From Bdellovibrionia bacterium (GTDB lineage: Bacteria > Bdellovibrionota > UBA1018), in the NCBI GenBank assembly GCA_040399745.1, contig JBBARP010000001.1, forward strand, positions 74,617 to 138,616: DNA of 64,000 bases, given 5' to 3'. Shown here piece by piece: positions 29,451-38,501 of this stretch (positions are counted from its first letter, which is position 1; every line of letters begins with the position of its first letter). The translations under genes and the position numbers were made by a program. Under the pieces are notes generated by a model, which did no database searches, had not been told where the DNA came from, and saw only the letters and a program-made list of their open reading frames with translations.

Positions 29451-29818
29451 ACTGGATTTTGGTGTCATCCGTCAGTGGCTTTCTGGGCGTTGCGCTGGGG
29501 GCTTTCGGGGCCCATGGGCTGAAGGATCGCCTGGATGCCTACGCGCTCGGGGTTTGGCAAACGGCCGTGCACTACCAGATGTGGCACGCTCTCGCCCTTT
29601 TCGGGGTGGGGCTCCTGCTCCGGCTCCCCGGCGGCGGGGACGCGCGTTTCGCCAATCAAGCGGGTTGGGGGTTTTTTCTGGGGACTTTTGTGTTCTCCGG
29701 AAGCCTTTACCTTTTGGCCTTAAGCGGGGTGAAAACCTTCGGTGCCATCACGCCCATTGGGGGAGTGGCCTTTTTGTTTGGATGGTTCGCGCTGGCCAGG
29801 CTGGCGTTGAAGCTGTAA
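29447..29818 (+). CDS. DUF423 membrane protein
   Basis: GAFGAHGL, TAVHYQMWH, FSGSLY, TPIGG. Confidence 0.92.
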   Translation: MNWILVSSVSGFLGVALGAFGAHGLKDRLDAYALGVWQTAVHYQMWHALALFGVGLLLRLPGGGDARFANQAGWGFFLGTFVFSGSLYLLALSGVKTFGAITPIGGVAFLFGWFALARLALKL

Positions 29819-29837
29819 ACCCGCTCCCAAGGCCTTT

Positions 29838-30491
29838 ATGCAGACTCCCAGTAGTTCTCAGAATCCAGTGAACCCTTCGACGCCTGTGGAAATCATCGCC
29901 CAGGTGTCCCGAATTGTGACTCGCGTGGTGGATCGCATCACCGGGGATCGCAACGAAGTGCCTCTGATGGTGGCGGCTGCGACGGTCGAGGCGCTCAAGC
30001 AGTACGAGCAGGCTTCTCAGATCATGTACGGCCCGGCTGCATGGATTGAGGTCCTGGACGATCAAACTCCCGTTTGGATGGGTGCTTGGGGTCAGCATTT
30101 TCATTTCTGGGTAGCGACTGAATTTGGCGAAGTAGTGGATTTGAACGCCAACGTAGCCATTCGGCGCAGGCCTGCCGACGAGCCCAGAAAGCCGCTCTAC
30201 GCGCCGCCGCTTCTTTGGTCGGCCGAAGTTCCTGGGTTCTACCGCTACCGCCCGGAAGGCGTGGCCGAGCTTGAGCTTCATGACGAACGCGACATTCGTC
30301 AGTTTGAAGCTGTGCTTCAGGAAATCCGCGAGAAATGCACTTTCGAGGCGATTCGAGGACGCGAGCCCGAGTTTCCGAATGAGGCCATGCTATGCCCAGG
30401 CCGCCGAGTGCTCGATGACTCGAATCAGTCTTTCCGGCACTTTGACCGGGCGCTGGCCGTCCATGGCCTGCCCCCGGCTCCGACGTTTTGA
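29838..30491 (+). CDS. hypothetical protein
   Basis: 217-aa ORF in line with the operon; HFWV...VDL segment. Confidence 0.65.
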   Translation: MQTPSSSQNPVNPSTPVEIIAQVSRIVTRVVDRITGDRNEVPLMVAAATVEALKQYEQASQIMYGPAAWIEVLDDQTPVWMGAWGQHFHFWVATEFGEVVDLNANVAIRRRPADEPRKPLYAPPLLWSAEVPGFYRYRPEGVAELELHDERDIRQFEAVLQEIREKCTFEAIRGREPEFPNEAMLCPGRRVLDDSNQSFRHFDRALAVHGLPPAPTF

Positions 30492-30512
30492 ATCGACTCG
30501 GTCAATCAGCGA

Positions 30513-31643
30513 TCAGTCTTTTGCGGCTTTCAGGTTTTTCTTATCCACTTCTTGTTTCAGGTCTTTGGGTAGGACGCTGGGATTCAGCACCGTGCCTTGT
30601 TCTTGAGGTGACTGCGCCCTGACCGAAACACGCACATGGTATTTCGGGCCGTCGAAGACCGGGATGCCGAGTTTCTTCAGGTCCATGCGCACCCCAGTTC
30701 GGTCGCCTAAATCTTCCAGCGTCACGGCCCGATCGGGTACCGGGCCATCCCAGCGCTTCAGGTCTCCGATCAAGAACTGTTGGCGCCCGAGGTACACCTT
30801 CAAGTCAAAGAACTCGGGCTGCTTCACTTTTGAGATCGTGAAGAGGAGCTCTCCGGTCGTCAGCTGAAGATCCTCGATCGGAGAATCCAGGTGACTGAGT
30901 GCCTCTTTCACTGGAACGAGCTTCAGCCGGTAAGTGGCCGTCACTCGTTTTTGCTTCGGAGCCGGATTTTCAACGCGAACGTCGCGGGTGAAGCGAATCA
31001 CAAAACTCTGCGACAAACGCACGCTCTCTAGGCTGAGCTGCGCGCCGTTCAGGCGAAGTCGCAGTGTTTCATCCGGGTTCAGTTCGTTTGAAGTCGTCTC
31101 GACTTCTACTTTCACTTCGGAGTCGACGTGGAAATCCACTTCCGTTCCCACAGGGACGTCGATGATCTTCGTGCAAGCATAAGCTTCGCGGCGATAGCGC
31201 GGCACATCGACGCAGCGGGTGTCCCACTGGGTAAAGCATTCGTTTCGCCATTCATTGTGGCACTCGCGCTGAAGCTCTCTTCGGCACACGGTTTCAGTAA
31301 TGTCGCGGCAAAGCTGGCGCGGGGGAGAGCCGATGCACTCTCGGCGTGTCACGGGCCGGCACACGTCACGAACCACGTCTTGGCAAACGGGGAAGGGGAC
31401 GTTGCGGCAAACTTGGCGCGGATAGTTCGTGCACTCGCGATCGTAATGAGAAAACACCTCGCGGTAACAGGTGTCGGGCACTTCTCGCTTTTCGTAGACA
31501 ATGTGGCTTTCTTCGCTCGAAAGAAGAACCGTTTGCGCGGTATTTGCGCTGTTCACTTGAAAGTCAGCGGTGTTCGGTGCTGCCTGCGCCGTCCACGCCG
31601 TGATGAGAAGAATCACGCTCACCCACCATTGCCAGATTCCCAT
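30513..31643 (-). CDS. secreted cysteine-ladder protein
   Basis: RBS GGAGGG before ATG 31643, signal peptide ending AQA, 12 regularly spaced Cys. Confidence 0.75.
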   Translation of the reverse strand: MGIWQWWVSVILLITAWTAQAAPNTADFQVNSANTAQTVLLSSEESHIVYEKREVPDTCYREVFSHYDRECTNYPRQVCRNVPFPVCQDVVRDVCRPVTRRECIGSPPRQLCRDITETVCRRELQRECHNEWRNECFTQWDTRCVDVPRYRREAYACTKIIDVPVGTEVDFHVDSEVKVEVETTSNELNPDETLRLRLNGAQLSLESVRLSQSFVIRFTRDVRVENPAPKQKRVTATYRLKLVPVKEALSHLDSPIEDLQLTTGELLFTISKVKQPEFFDLKVYLGRQQFLIGDLKRWDGPVPDRAVTLEDLGDRTGVRMDLKKLGIPVFDGPKYHVRVSVRAQSPQEQGTVLNPSVLPKDLKQEVDKKNLKAAKD

Positions 31644-31813
31644 TTTGCTTCCCTCCGTAGATGCGGAGAGCCAGAGCAAGTTCGATGCCAGCAGGCGACA
31701 AAACGATTTGTCCTCGCTCAGGTCCGAAAGTCGGGCCAAGTCAGGTGACGTGTTGCGTCGACGGAAATGGGGTGGTGACTTTTTGGCACACCCTTTTGGT
31801 TGGGTGACGAAGA

Positions 31814-32299
31814 TTATGCCGCGCGCGAAGTAGGCGCCGACTCTTCGACGCGCTTCGCTGGATGGCGAGCGCCCTTTTTGATGACGGCCGTGTCGCAGAT
31901 CAAGTCATGCCAAGTGGCGCCATCGCGATGAAACAAAGCCCAAAGGCATCCCAAGTAAAGAGGCGCACACGACAGCGGAAAGAAAACACTTCTCAGAGCT
32001 GCGCGCCCCGGGCCAATCGGGCCACCTGAGCGTCTGGCCAACTGAAGTCCAAAGAGCCACTTTCCGCAGCTCGTTCCGGTCAGGCCAGGAAGAAGAACTG
32101 AATTGAACATCCAAGCCGAAAGCGTCCAAAACGCAGAGCCCGCAAAGCCCGCCATTTCTAGGCCTGCTTCATCGGCTAGAACCCAGCTTCCCGCAATTCG
32201 TCCCAGGGCTGCGCCCACAGAATAGGCAATGATCATGACCCACGAGTCGGTGACGTAAGCCATGAAGCGATTCCAGAAATGTCCCCAGTCGACGTTCAT
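31814..32299 (-). CDS. RDD family membrane protein
   Basis: NRFMAYVTD, G.SCGKWLFGL, WHDLICDT. Confidence 0.88.
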   Translation of the reverse strand: MNVDWGHFWNRFMAYVTDSWVMIIAYSVGAALGRIAGSWVLADEAGLEMAGFAGSAFWTLSAWMFNSVLLPGLTGTSCGKWLFGLQLARRSGGPIGPGRAALRSVFFPLSCAPLYLGCLWALFHRDGATWHDLICDTAVIKKGARHPAKRVEESAPTSRAA

Positions 32300-32306
32300 C
32301 TCTATT

Positions 32307-32334
32307 TCTTCGGCGCAAATTCGCTCGGGCTTAA
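32307..32334 (-). promoter_or_regulatory. candidate sigma28 (FliA) promoter of the RDD gene
   Basis: Minus strand TTAAG-N15-GCCGAAGA, 7 nt before ATG. Confidence 0.6.
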
Positions 32335-32356
32335 GAGCAGCGTTTGAAATCTGACG

Positions 32357-34012
32357 CTACTTTGGAAGGGAAGTGGCGCACACCGCGCAGCGGGAAACGC
32401 GGTCCGTGACTTTTGCCGCGTCTGAGCCCAAGTTGAATGAGTTATCTTGGGGGGAAGTTCCGATCGGAGCGTACAGCCACTGAGCTTGGTCGTCAGGAGT
32501 GTTGTGCCAGCAATTCTGTTCTTTGCACTCGGTGAATGGAATTTTTCGGAACCGACGCAGGCAGCTTCCCGTCCCGGAGAGGTCTTGGGAGATTTCTAGA
32601 GCGGCGAGATTATTCGTCGTGGTCGACTTCAAGCTGTAACCTTCCCAAAGAACCACTGAGTGATCTTTGGGGCACTTTGCAGCTTCTTTGGAATAGCTAT
32701 GCACCGTCACGATGGAAGTGTTTTTCCGCGCGCAGACTCGGCAGCGACTGATCATCCAGAGGCTGGTGGGAACCTTTTTGCTGACGTTCCACTTGTCCTC
32801 AGAATTTTCTTGGGAATTAAAAAGCCAGAATCCGACGTCATTCCCTGATTTAAAGTTGCAGTCGCCACGTCCACACTCCAGGGTCGGAGTGTTCTGAAAA
32901 AATGGCGTCATCACGCAAGAGCCCATTCCTCCCAGATCCTGCGACGCAACGCTGTGCTTATCGATCTGGGAGCCCATGTAGCTGAAACCACTGCGACCGA
33001 GTAGGTCGTCCCACCCTTCTTCCTGAGCCGTCCCCGCCGGGCACTCGGGCTCTTGGTCAGTTTGGCTGTGAACGACCACGATAGCGCGCGCTTCGGAAGT
33101 CGATGCGCTCCCAGAGCCGGAAGCTCCGCTGTTTCCACCTGAGCCCGTTGCTAAGCAAGTGACATCGCCGGTTTGAGGGGCGACTTCGCATTGCCCGCCT
33201 AAGTCGATGTCGGCTGACATCGATTGCGCGCCTGGAACTCGAATTCCTGCCGCTCCTCCGGGCGATGCTGGGCCACGGGTCAGGGCTTTGTCCGCTTCGA
33301 AGTGAAGCTTGGCTTGGTAGAGGGGATGTTTCGATATGGATGACTTATAAGGCTCAAAGGTACCGAGTGTGACAGTGCCCATGGGAATCAGCTGGACCGA
33401 CCACTTCGTGAATCGAATGCGTCTGAGTTGATCGGGCGCATCGGGCTCTAAGTCAGGCGGCGTTAGATTGACCCAGCGGGATCCATCGCTGCCGATAAAC
33501 GTGCGGGGAAGGTGCCCAATCGCGAAATCTCCGATTTGGTTTAGCGTCGGAAGATTGTGAGCGTTTGGAATCCAAAAAGGTTGCGCCAGGTTCGTTGGCT
33601 CAACGACTAGGATATCGTTTCGACTCGTGGGGGTCAGCGGTTCCCTTTTTCGGCGTTTCTCCTCATCGAGGTGCTGCGCCTTCATGTTCCACGTCACAGA
33701 TTTCGTCGGCTCCACGCTCCCAGAGGTTGTCGCGACGAAATTCACTGCTTTGATCAAATCCCAGAGGCTCGCATTGCTGCCGCTAGCCGTCAGCCGATCC
33801 CTAGCCACATCAAGCGCAAGTCGCTTTTCGCTGACAAAGTCCTGCATGTCCGCGCGGCTTTGAATCGAGCTTTGCATCAGCGTCTGGCGCGACAAAACGT
33901 TCATGATGGCCACCATCGCAACGGCACTGACGCCGAGCGCGATCATGGTCTCAAGCAAAGTAAAACCTTCGGCGTGGCGGGCACACTTTCCCCGCTCAAG
34001 CTGAAACCCCAT
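32357..34012 (-). CDS. type IV pilin/pseudopilin-like protein with C-terminal tandem collagen IV NC1 (C4-C4)-like domain
   Basis: Prepilin site G|FTLLE plus hydrophobic helix; two repeats of HS-CP-G(F/Y)S-QDL-GSC-P..EC-C-WL-SRCxVC. Confidence 0.85.
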   Translation of the reverse strand: MGFQLERGKCARHAEGFTLLETMIALGVSAVAMVAIMNVLSRQTLMQSSIQSRADMQDFVSEKRLALDVARDRLTASGSNASLWDLIKAVNFVATTSGSVEPTKSVTWNMKAQHLDEEKRRKREPLTPTSRNDILVVEPTNLAQPFWIPNAHNLPTLNQIGDFAIGHLPRTFIGSDGSRWVNLTPPDLEPDAPDQLRRIRFTKWSVQLIPMGTVTLGTFEPYKSSISKHPLYQAKLHFEADKALTRGPASPGGAAGIRVPGAQSMSADIDLGGQCEVAPQTGDVTCLATGSGGNSGASGSGSASTSEARAIVVVHSQTDQEPECPAGTAQEEGWDDLLGRSGFSYMGSQIDKHSVASQDLGGMGSCVMTPFFQNTPTLECGRGDCNFKSGNDVGFWLFNSQENSEDKWNVSKKVPTSLWMISRCRVCARKNTSIVTVHSYSKEAAKCPKDHSVVLWEGYSLKSTTTNNLAALEISQDLSGTGSCLRRFRKIPFTECKEQNCWHNTPDDQAQWLYAPIGTSPQDNSFNLGSDAAKVTDRVSRCAVCATSLPK

Positions 34013-34058
34013 TACAAGAGGGTCGCATGTCTTGACTTAGTGCGTCAAAAAGGAGGAC

Positions 34059-35300
34059 TTAAATCGCTGCTTCCTCTGTGTCATGGCGGACCCACCGGTT
34101 GTAGCGAAGCAGCATCAAAAGCCCTGGCACAGCAAGCACGGTGCAGGCAATGAAGTAGCTCTCCCAGCCCAAAGTCTTCGCAAGGTACCCGCTTGCGGAA
34201 CCCGCGAAATTTCGCGTTCCCGCCATCAGGCTGGTGAGAAGCGCGTACTGGGTGGCCGAGAAGCGCTTGTTGCATAGGCTCATCAAGAACGCCGAATAAG
34301 CGGCCGTTCCCATGCCTCCAGCGAAATTCTCAGCCGCAATGGCAGCAATCAGAGAAGGCATGCTGACTCCGACCTGCGCCAAGTGCAAAAAGGCCAAATT
34401 GGAAACGCCCTGAAAAAGGCCAAACACCCAAAGGGCTTGCTTCATCGACATGCGCACCATCAGCGCGCCACCAGCAACCGTCCCCAAGATGGTGGCCAAC
34501 ATCCCGAAACCTTTGTTCACGGTTCCGATCTCGGTTTTTGTGAAGCCCGTTTGGATCAGGAAGGGAGTGGTCATCATGCTGGCCATCATCCAGCCCAATT
34601 TAAAAAGCAGGATGAAGCCCATCATCTCCAAAGCGCCTGCGCGTTTGAAATAGTCGGTCAGCGGTAAAACCACGGCGTCGCGAAGAGACGTGGGCGGTTT
34701 TTCACGCACTTCGGGTTCGGGCGCAATGAGTGTGGTGACTGCTCCGATGGTCATCGTCGCTGACATGATCAGATAAACTTGGGTCCAGCTCAGGTGATCG
34801 GCCAAAATCAAAGCCAGAGCGCCCGAAGTGAGCATGGCCAGGCGGTAGCCAAGAACATAGGTGCTCGAGCCCGCGCCCAGCTCTTCAGGTTTCAGGGTTT
34901 CGATTCGGAAAGCGTCAATGACGATGTCTTGAGTGGCGCTGAAGAAAGCGACCATGAAAGCAAGAAGCGCCAAGAAGCCCGGGCTTGCGATGGGGTCGCA
35001 AAACGCCATCACTGCGATCGATGCTGCGAGCGCCAGCTGCGCCAAGATCATCCAACCGCGTCTGCGTCCCAAGAACGGGGGAACGAAGCGATCCAGAAGC
35101 GGCGACCAGACGAACTTGAATTGATAGGGCAAGCCCACCAAAGCAAAGACGCCGATGACCGTGAGGTCCACGTGGGCGTCGGTCATCCAAGCTTGCAGAG
35201 TGCCCGTCGTCAAAGCCAAGGGGATGCCGGAGGAAAAACCCAGGAGCAGCACCGTGAGCATGCGAAAGCTCATCAGGACCGATAGGACGCTGTTTTTCAT
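34059..35300 (-). CDS. ampG: AmpG family muropeptide MFS permease
   Basis: LLGFSSGIP, KFVWSPLLD, GRRRGW, SATQDIVIDA, ATQYALLTS. Confidence 0.93.
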   Translation of the reverse strand: MKNSVLSVLMSFRMLTVLLLGFSSGIPLALTTGTLQAWMTDAHVDLTVIGVFALVGLPYQFKFVWSPLLDRFVPPFLGRRRGWMILAQLALAASIAVMAFCDPIASPGFLALLAFMVAFFSATQDIVIDAFRIETLKPEELGAGSSTYVLGYRLAMLTSGALALILADHLSWTQVYLIMSATMTIGAVTTLIAPEPEVREKPPTSLRDAVVLPLTDYFKRAGALEMMGFILLFKLGWMMASMMTTPFLIQTGFTKTEIGTVNKGFGMLATILGTVAGGALMVRMSMKQALWVFGLFQGVSNLAFLHLAQVGVSMPSLIAAIAAENFAGGMGTAAYSAFLMSLCNKRFSATQYALLTSLMAGTRNFAGSASGYLAKTLGWESYFIACTVLAVPGLLMLLRYNRWVRHDTEEAAI

Positions 35301-35362
35301 GGAAAAACGCTAGCACACCCCCTTGGCTCCGTCCCCCGCTTTCGTGTACTCCCAAAGGCGAG

Positions 35363-36973
35363 ATGAGCGCTGAAAATCGAGTCCTCGAAGCCCGTGCCCC
35401 GTTTCAAGAAGACCTTCGCACCCTGCGCGACGCATTGCCGGGATTAATCCCCCTGCTCGAAGCCCAGCCCGGTTGGTACGGCTCGGTCTACTTCGAGCGA
35501 AAAGGGTCCCGCACTTTCACTGCGAATTTGCGTCAGACGCAAGTTTCCGATCAAGCGACCGCAGGCGTCGTGCTTCGCATTTACAATGGAACCACTCTGT
35601 TTGAGCAAGCCACCGACGTTCTCGATGAGTCGGCGCTGCCTGAACTCGCCAGAAAGTTTGCGGCCCGCGTAGCAGCGACTCCGCCTTCCGCAGGTTCAAC
35701 CGCGCGCCCTTACCGCGCGCCCACGTGGGCAGAGCGCCTTCAGCAGAAGCTGGATTCCGAGATCACGTCTCAAATTCCATCCGGTGTGACGGCTTCAACT
35801 CCCGTTCACTTTGGGATTCGCTTTGTGAAAGACCCGATGCGGCTTTCTACTGAGGACCACCTGTCGCGTGCGCGGGGCATTCTCGCTCGTTGTCAGGAGC
35901 TCGCGCCGAAGGCTGGGCTTCTGGTGACAGATCTCAGTTACGCAGTGGTTCGTGTCAGCGTTGCAGACGAAGAAGCGATTTTCGTCGACGCGGAGTCGAA
36001 CCTCTCGCAGCGTCTTTACCGGATGGCTTTTACGATCGTTTTGATGTCAGGCGCCGACCGGGTTTATACCCGCCAAGGGGGCTTAGGCGGAGTGGAAGCC
36101 GTTGAAGCGGAAGACTCCCTGATTCTTGAAATGCTTCACGACTTGAAAGCTTTGAAGACAGCGCAACGCTTGCAGCCCGGTAAGCACCGCGTGCTGCTCG
36201 GACCCGTTGCGACCGGTGTTCTGGCTCACGAAGCGTTTGGGCATTCGCAAGAAGGCGACACCTGTGCCCGCGGACGCAGTAAGGCTTGGGAAATCCACCT
36301 AGAACAGAAAAAGGGTGCCCCCGCAAAAGTGGGGAACGAGCACGCGACGATTCTGAATAACCCCGCGATATTCAGAAACGCCGAAGCGGGTTACGCGGCT
36401 TGGGGCAGCTATTTCTTTGATGAAGAGGGCTGGCTTTCGCAGAGCCAAGTGATCTTGGACCGCGGAGTTCTTCAAGCACCAATGACGAATCTCACTTCGG
36501 CACTTCGTTTGGGAATTCCTCGCACTGCCAATGGAAAGCGCGAGAGTTGGGCCCACGGCGTTTACACGCGCCAAACCAACACTTACTTTGCGCCGGGTAA
36601 GAAGACGTTGTCGCAACTCATGGAGATGTTGGGTGATGGCTATTTGGCCACCGACGTTGCAGGCGGCATGGAAGATCCCAAAGGGATGGGCATTCAGGTG
36701 GGGCTGGCCTTTTTGAAGGAAGTCAAAGGCGGGAAGCTGACTGGCCGCGTCTTGAAGGGCCCTGCAGGCGGGGATGTGCAGCTCACGGGTTATGTCCCGG
36801 AAGTTCTCGACTCCATCGTGGATGCTTCCAAGATTCAATTCGATCAAGAAGAGCCCGACACGGTCGAGCATCCTCAGAACGATGTGGGCGGCTGCGGAAA
36901 ATACCATAAAGAGTTGGTGCAAGCGGGTTGCGGCGGTCCCTACCTGCTTCTTGATTCAGTCACTCTGGGCTGA
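35363..36973 (+). CDS. tldD: TldD-like metalloprotease subunit
   Basis: HEAFGHSQE metal motif, FFDEEG, NGKRES, RQTNTY, GCGK. Confidence 0.85.
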   Translation: MSAENRVLEARAPFQEDLRTLRDALPGLIPLLEAQPGWYGSVYFERKGSRTFTANLRQTQVSDQATAGVVLRIYNGTTLFEQATDVLDESALPELARKFAARVAATPPSAGSTARPYRAPTWAERLQQKLDSEITSQIPSGVTASTPVHFGIRFVKDPMRLSTEDHLSRARGILARCQELAPKAGLLVTDLSYAVVRVSVADEEAIFVDAESNLSQRLYRMAFTIVLMSGADRVYTRQGGLGGVEAVEAEDSLILEMLHDLKALKTAQRLQPGKHRVLLGPVATGVLAHEAFGHSQEGDTCARGRSKAWEIHLEQKKGAPAKVGNEHATILNNPAIFRNAEAGYAAWGSYFFDEEGWLSQSQVILDRGVLQAPMTNLTSALRLGIPRTANGKRESWAHGVYTRQTNTYFAPGKKTLSQLMEMLGDGYLATDVAGGMEDPKGMGIQVGLAFLKEVKGGKLTGRVLKGPAGGDVQLTGYVPEVLDSIVDASKIQFDQEEPDTVEHPQNDVGGCGKYHKELVQAGCGGPYLLLDSVTLG

Positions 36974-37000
36974 TGGCTGAGTGAGAAAAGGAATCTTCAA

Positions 37001-38377
37001 ATGACATCATCTACGCGTTGGAAACTCGATCAACTGAAGAGTGAACTGAAGCAAAGACCCCAGGTGAAGTCCTGGAGCGTCTTGCGTGAGCACGTCAGTC
37101 GCCGCGAGCGCTACTTTTTGTCCGACCAAGGTTCACTTGCAGTCGATCAAGATCGCGACACTTCGAGTGAAGCGACTTTTGTGCGCTTGATGGTGACCAA
37201 GCAAGATCCTTCGCGCCAAGGCGAGATTTTGAAGCAGCTTGATCCGCTTCGCGCATTGGGGCCACAGCTTGACGCCGCACTCTCGGCAGCCGCACAAACC
37301 GATCATGAAGCGTGGAAGCTACCGCCGCCCCCGTCTTCGCCTCTTCCCGAATTGAAAACCGCCGACCCTCGGATGGCGGAAGACCTAGAAGGGGTGATGC
37401 GGGAACTCACTTCGCGCTTGTGCCTAGCCGTGGCAAAGCCCAGAAACGCTCAGTTTAATTCGGCAGAACTTTTTTTGTCGCTTCATCAATCCGAGATGCA
37501 CCTCTCCAATGGGTTGATTCATCGGAATCGCCAATCGCGCATTTACGCAGAAGCAGCGTTTGCGGGATCGGGGACCGGCCTGGATGGTCGCCCTGCTTCA
37601 GACGAATACCTCACCACTCAATGGGCCGTGAATCTCGACCATCTGGATCTGGATCGCATGATGGATGAGACAGCGTTTCGGGCCGAGAATTCCGTACGCG
37701 TGGGGAAACCCCTCAGTGGCCATTATCCGGTCGTGGTCGATTCAGAGGTTTTGGCCCTTTTAGTGGGAGCCCAGCTGTCGCGTCTTTCCGGTTCGTCTCA
37801 GTACAATCGCTTGCCGCACTTGAAGCCCGGAGACCTACTGGTTCCGGGAGCCGAAGGGGATTTGCTGACTCTGACGCTAGACCCCTCGCTCGATTTTGGC
37901 GCCGATACGACGGCCGTTTCCGGTCAAGGCGTCATTCAAAAGCCGCTGAGGCTGGTCGAAAAGAATCAAGTGCTGGCGACTGCAGTCGACTGTCAGTACG
38001 CCCAGTACCTGGGCCTCGATCCCACGACGGCGCGCGGCAGCTTTGTGGTGGAAGGCGGGCAATCCACCTATGAGGAGCTTTTGAAATCCGCGCCTCAGGT
38101 TTTGGAAGTGCTGCAGTTCTCGAGCATTTTCCCGGATGAAAACGCGGGCACTTTCTCGAGCGAGATTCGCTTGGCCAGACTTCACGACAACGAGCGGGGA
38201 ACGGTTTCGTGGATCAAGGGCGGCTCGGTTTCGGGCTCGGTGAGTGAGAATTTCAAGCAAGCTCGCTTCACGCGCGAAACCACGCGCCGCGCTTCCTTCA
38301 GTTCGGATCATTCGGCTGGGCACGGCTACTGGGGGCCCACCCACGCGCTTCTGAACGACGTATCGGTCGTAGGCTGA
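37001..38377 (+). CDS. TldE/PmbA-like subunit
   Basis: Follows tldD; PmbA-like C-terminus (GTFSSEIR, GGSVSGS); no HExxxH. Confidence 0.8.
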   Translation: MTSSTRWKLDQLKSELKQRPQVKSWSVLREHVSRRERYFLSDQGSLAVDQDRDTSSEATFVRLMVTKQDPSRQGEILKQLDPLRALGPQLDAALSAAAQTDHEAWKLPPPPSSPLPELKTADPRMAEDLEGVMRELTSRLCLAVAKPRNAQFNSAELFLSLHQSEMHLSNGLIHRNRQSRIYAEAAFAGSGTGLDGRPASDEYLTTQWAVNLDHLDLDRMMDETAFRAENSVRVGKPLSGHYPVVVDSEVLALLVGAQLSRLSGSSQYNRLPHLKPGDLLVPGAEGDLLTLTLDPSLDFGADTTAVSGQGVIQKPLRLVEKNQVLATAVDCQYAQYLGLDPTTARGSFVVEGGQSTYEELLKSAPQVLEVLQFSSIFPDENAGTFSSEIRLARLHDNERGTVSWIKGGSVSGSVSENFKQARFTRETTRRASFSSDHSAGHGYWGPTHALLNDVSVVG

Positions 38378-38383
38378 GAAATG

Positions 38384-38425
38384 AAAAAGGCCCGGTGAGC
38401 GGACTTTCCGTTCACCGGGCCTTTT
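38384..38425. terminator. bidirectional Rho-independent terminator
   Basis: AAAAAGGCCCGGTGAGCGGA-CTT-TCCGTTCACCGGGCCTTTT. Confidence 0.88.
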
Positions 38426-38501
38426 GATCGATCCAAGCATCCGTTCCGAGAGGGGATGCGTGTCAGGGTTGTAGGTGTCCCGGACGGCGCTCGCGATCGA
38501 A

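Noticed and set aside
32378..33082. Sulfilimine (Met-Lys) cross-link as in animal collagen IV NC1
   Set aside because: By manual alignment back from the SRC motifs, the equivalent positions appear to be Asn and Asp, and no peroxidase gene is nearby
33150..33300. Collagen triple-helix remnant in the pilin (GPASPGGAAG)
   Set aside because: No sustained Gly-X-Y periodicity
35363..38377. RiPP cluster around tldDE
   Set aside because: No precursor peptide, YcaO or other modifying enzyme is adjacent
38426..38501. Extra GAGA-tetraloop hairpin beside the tldE/yceI terminator as a small RNA
   Set aside because: It lies in the yceI 3' UTR with no promoter or family signature
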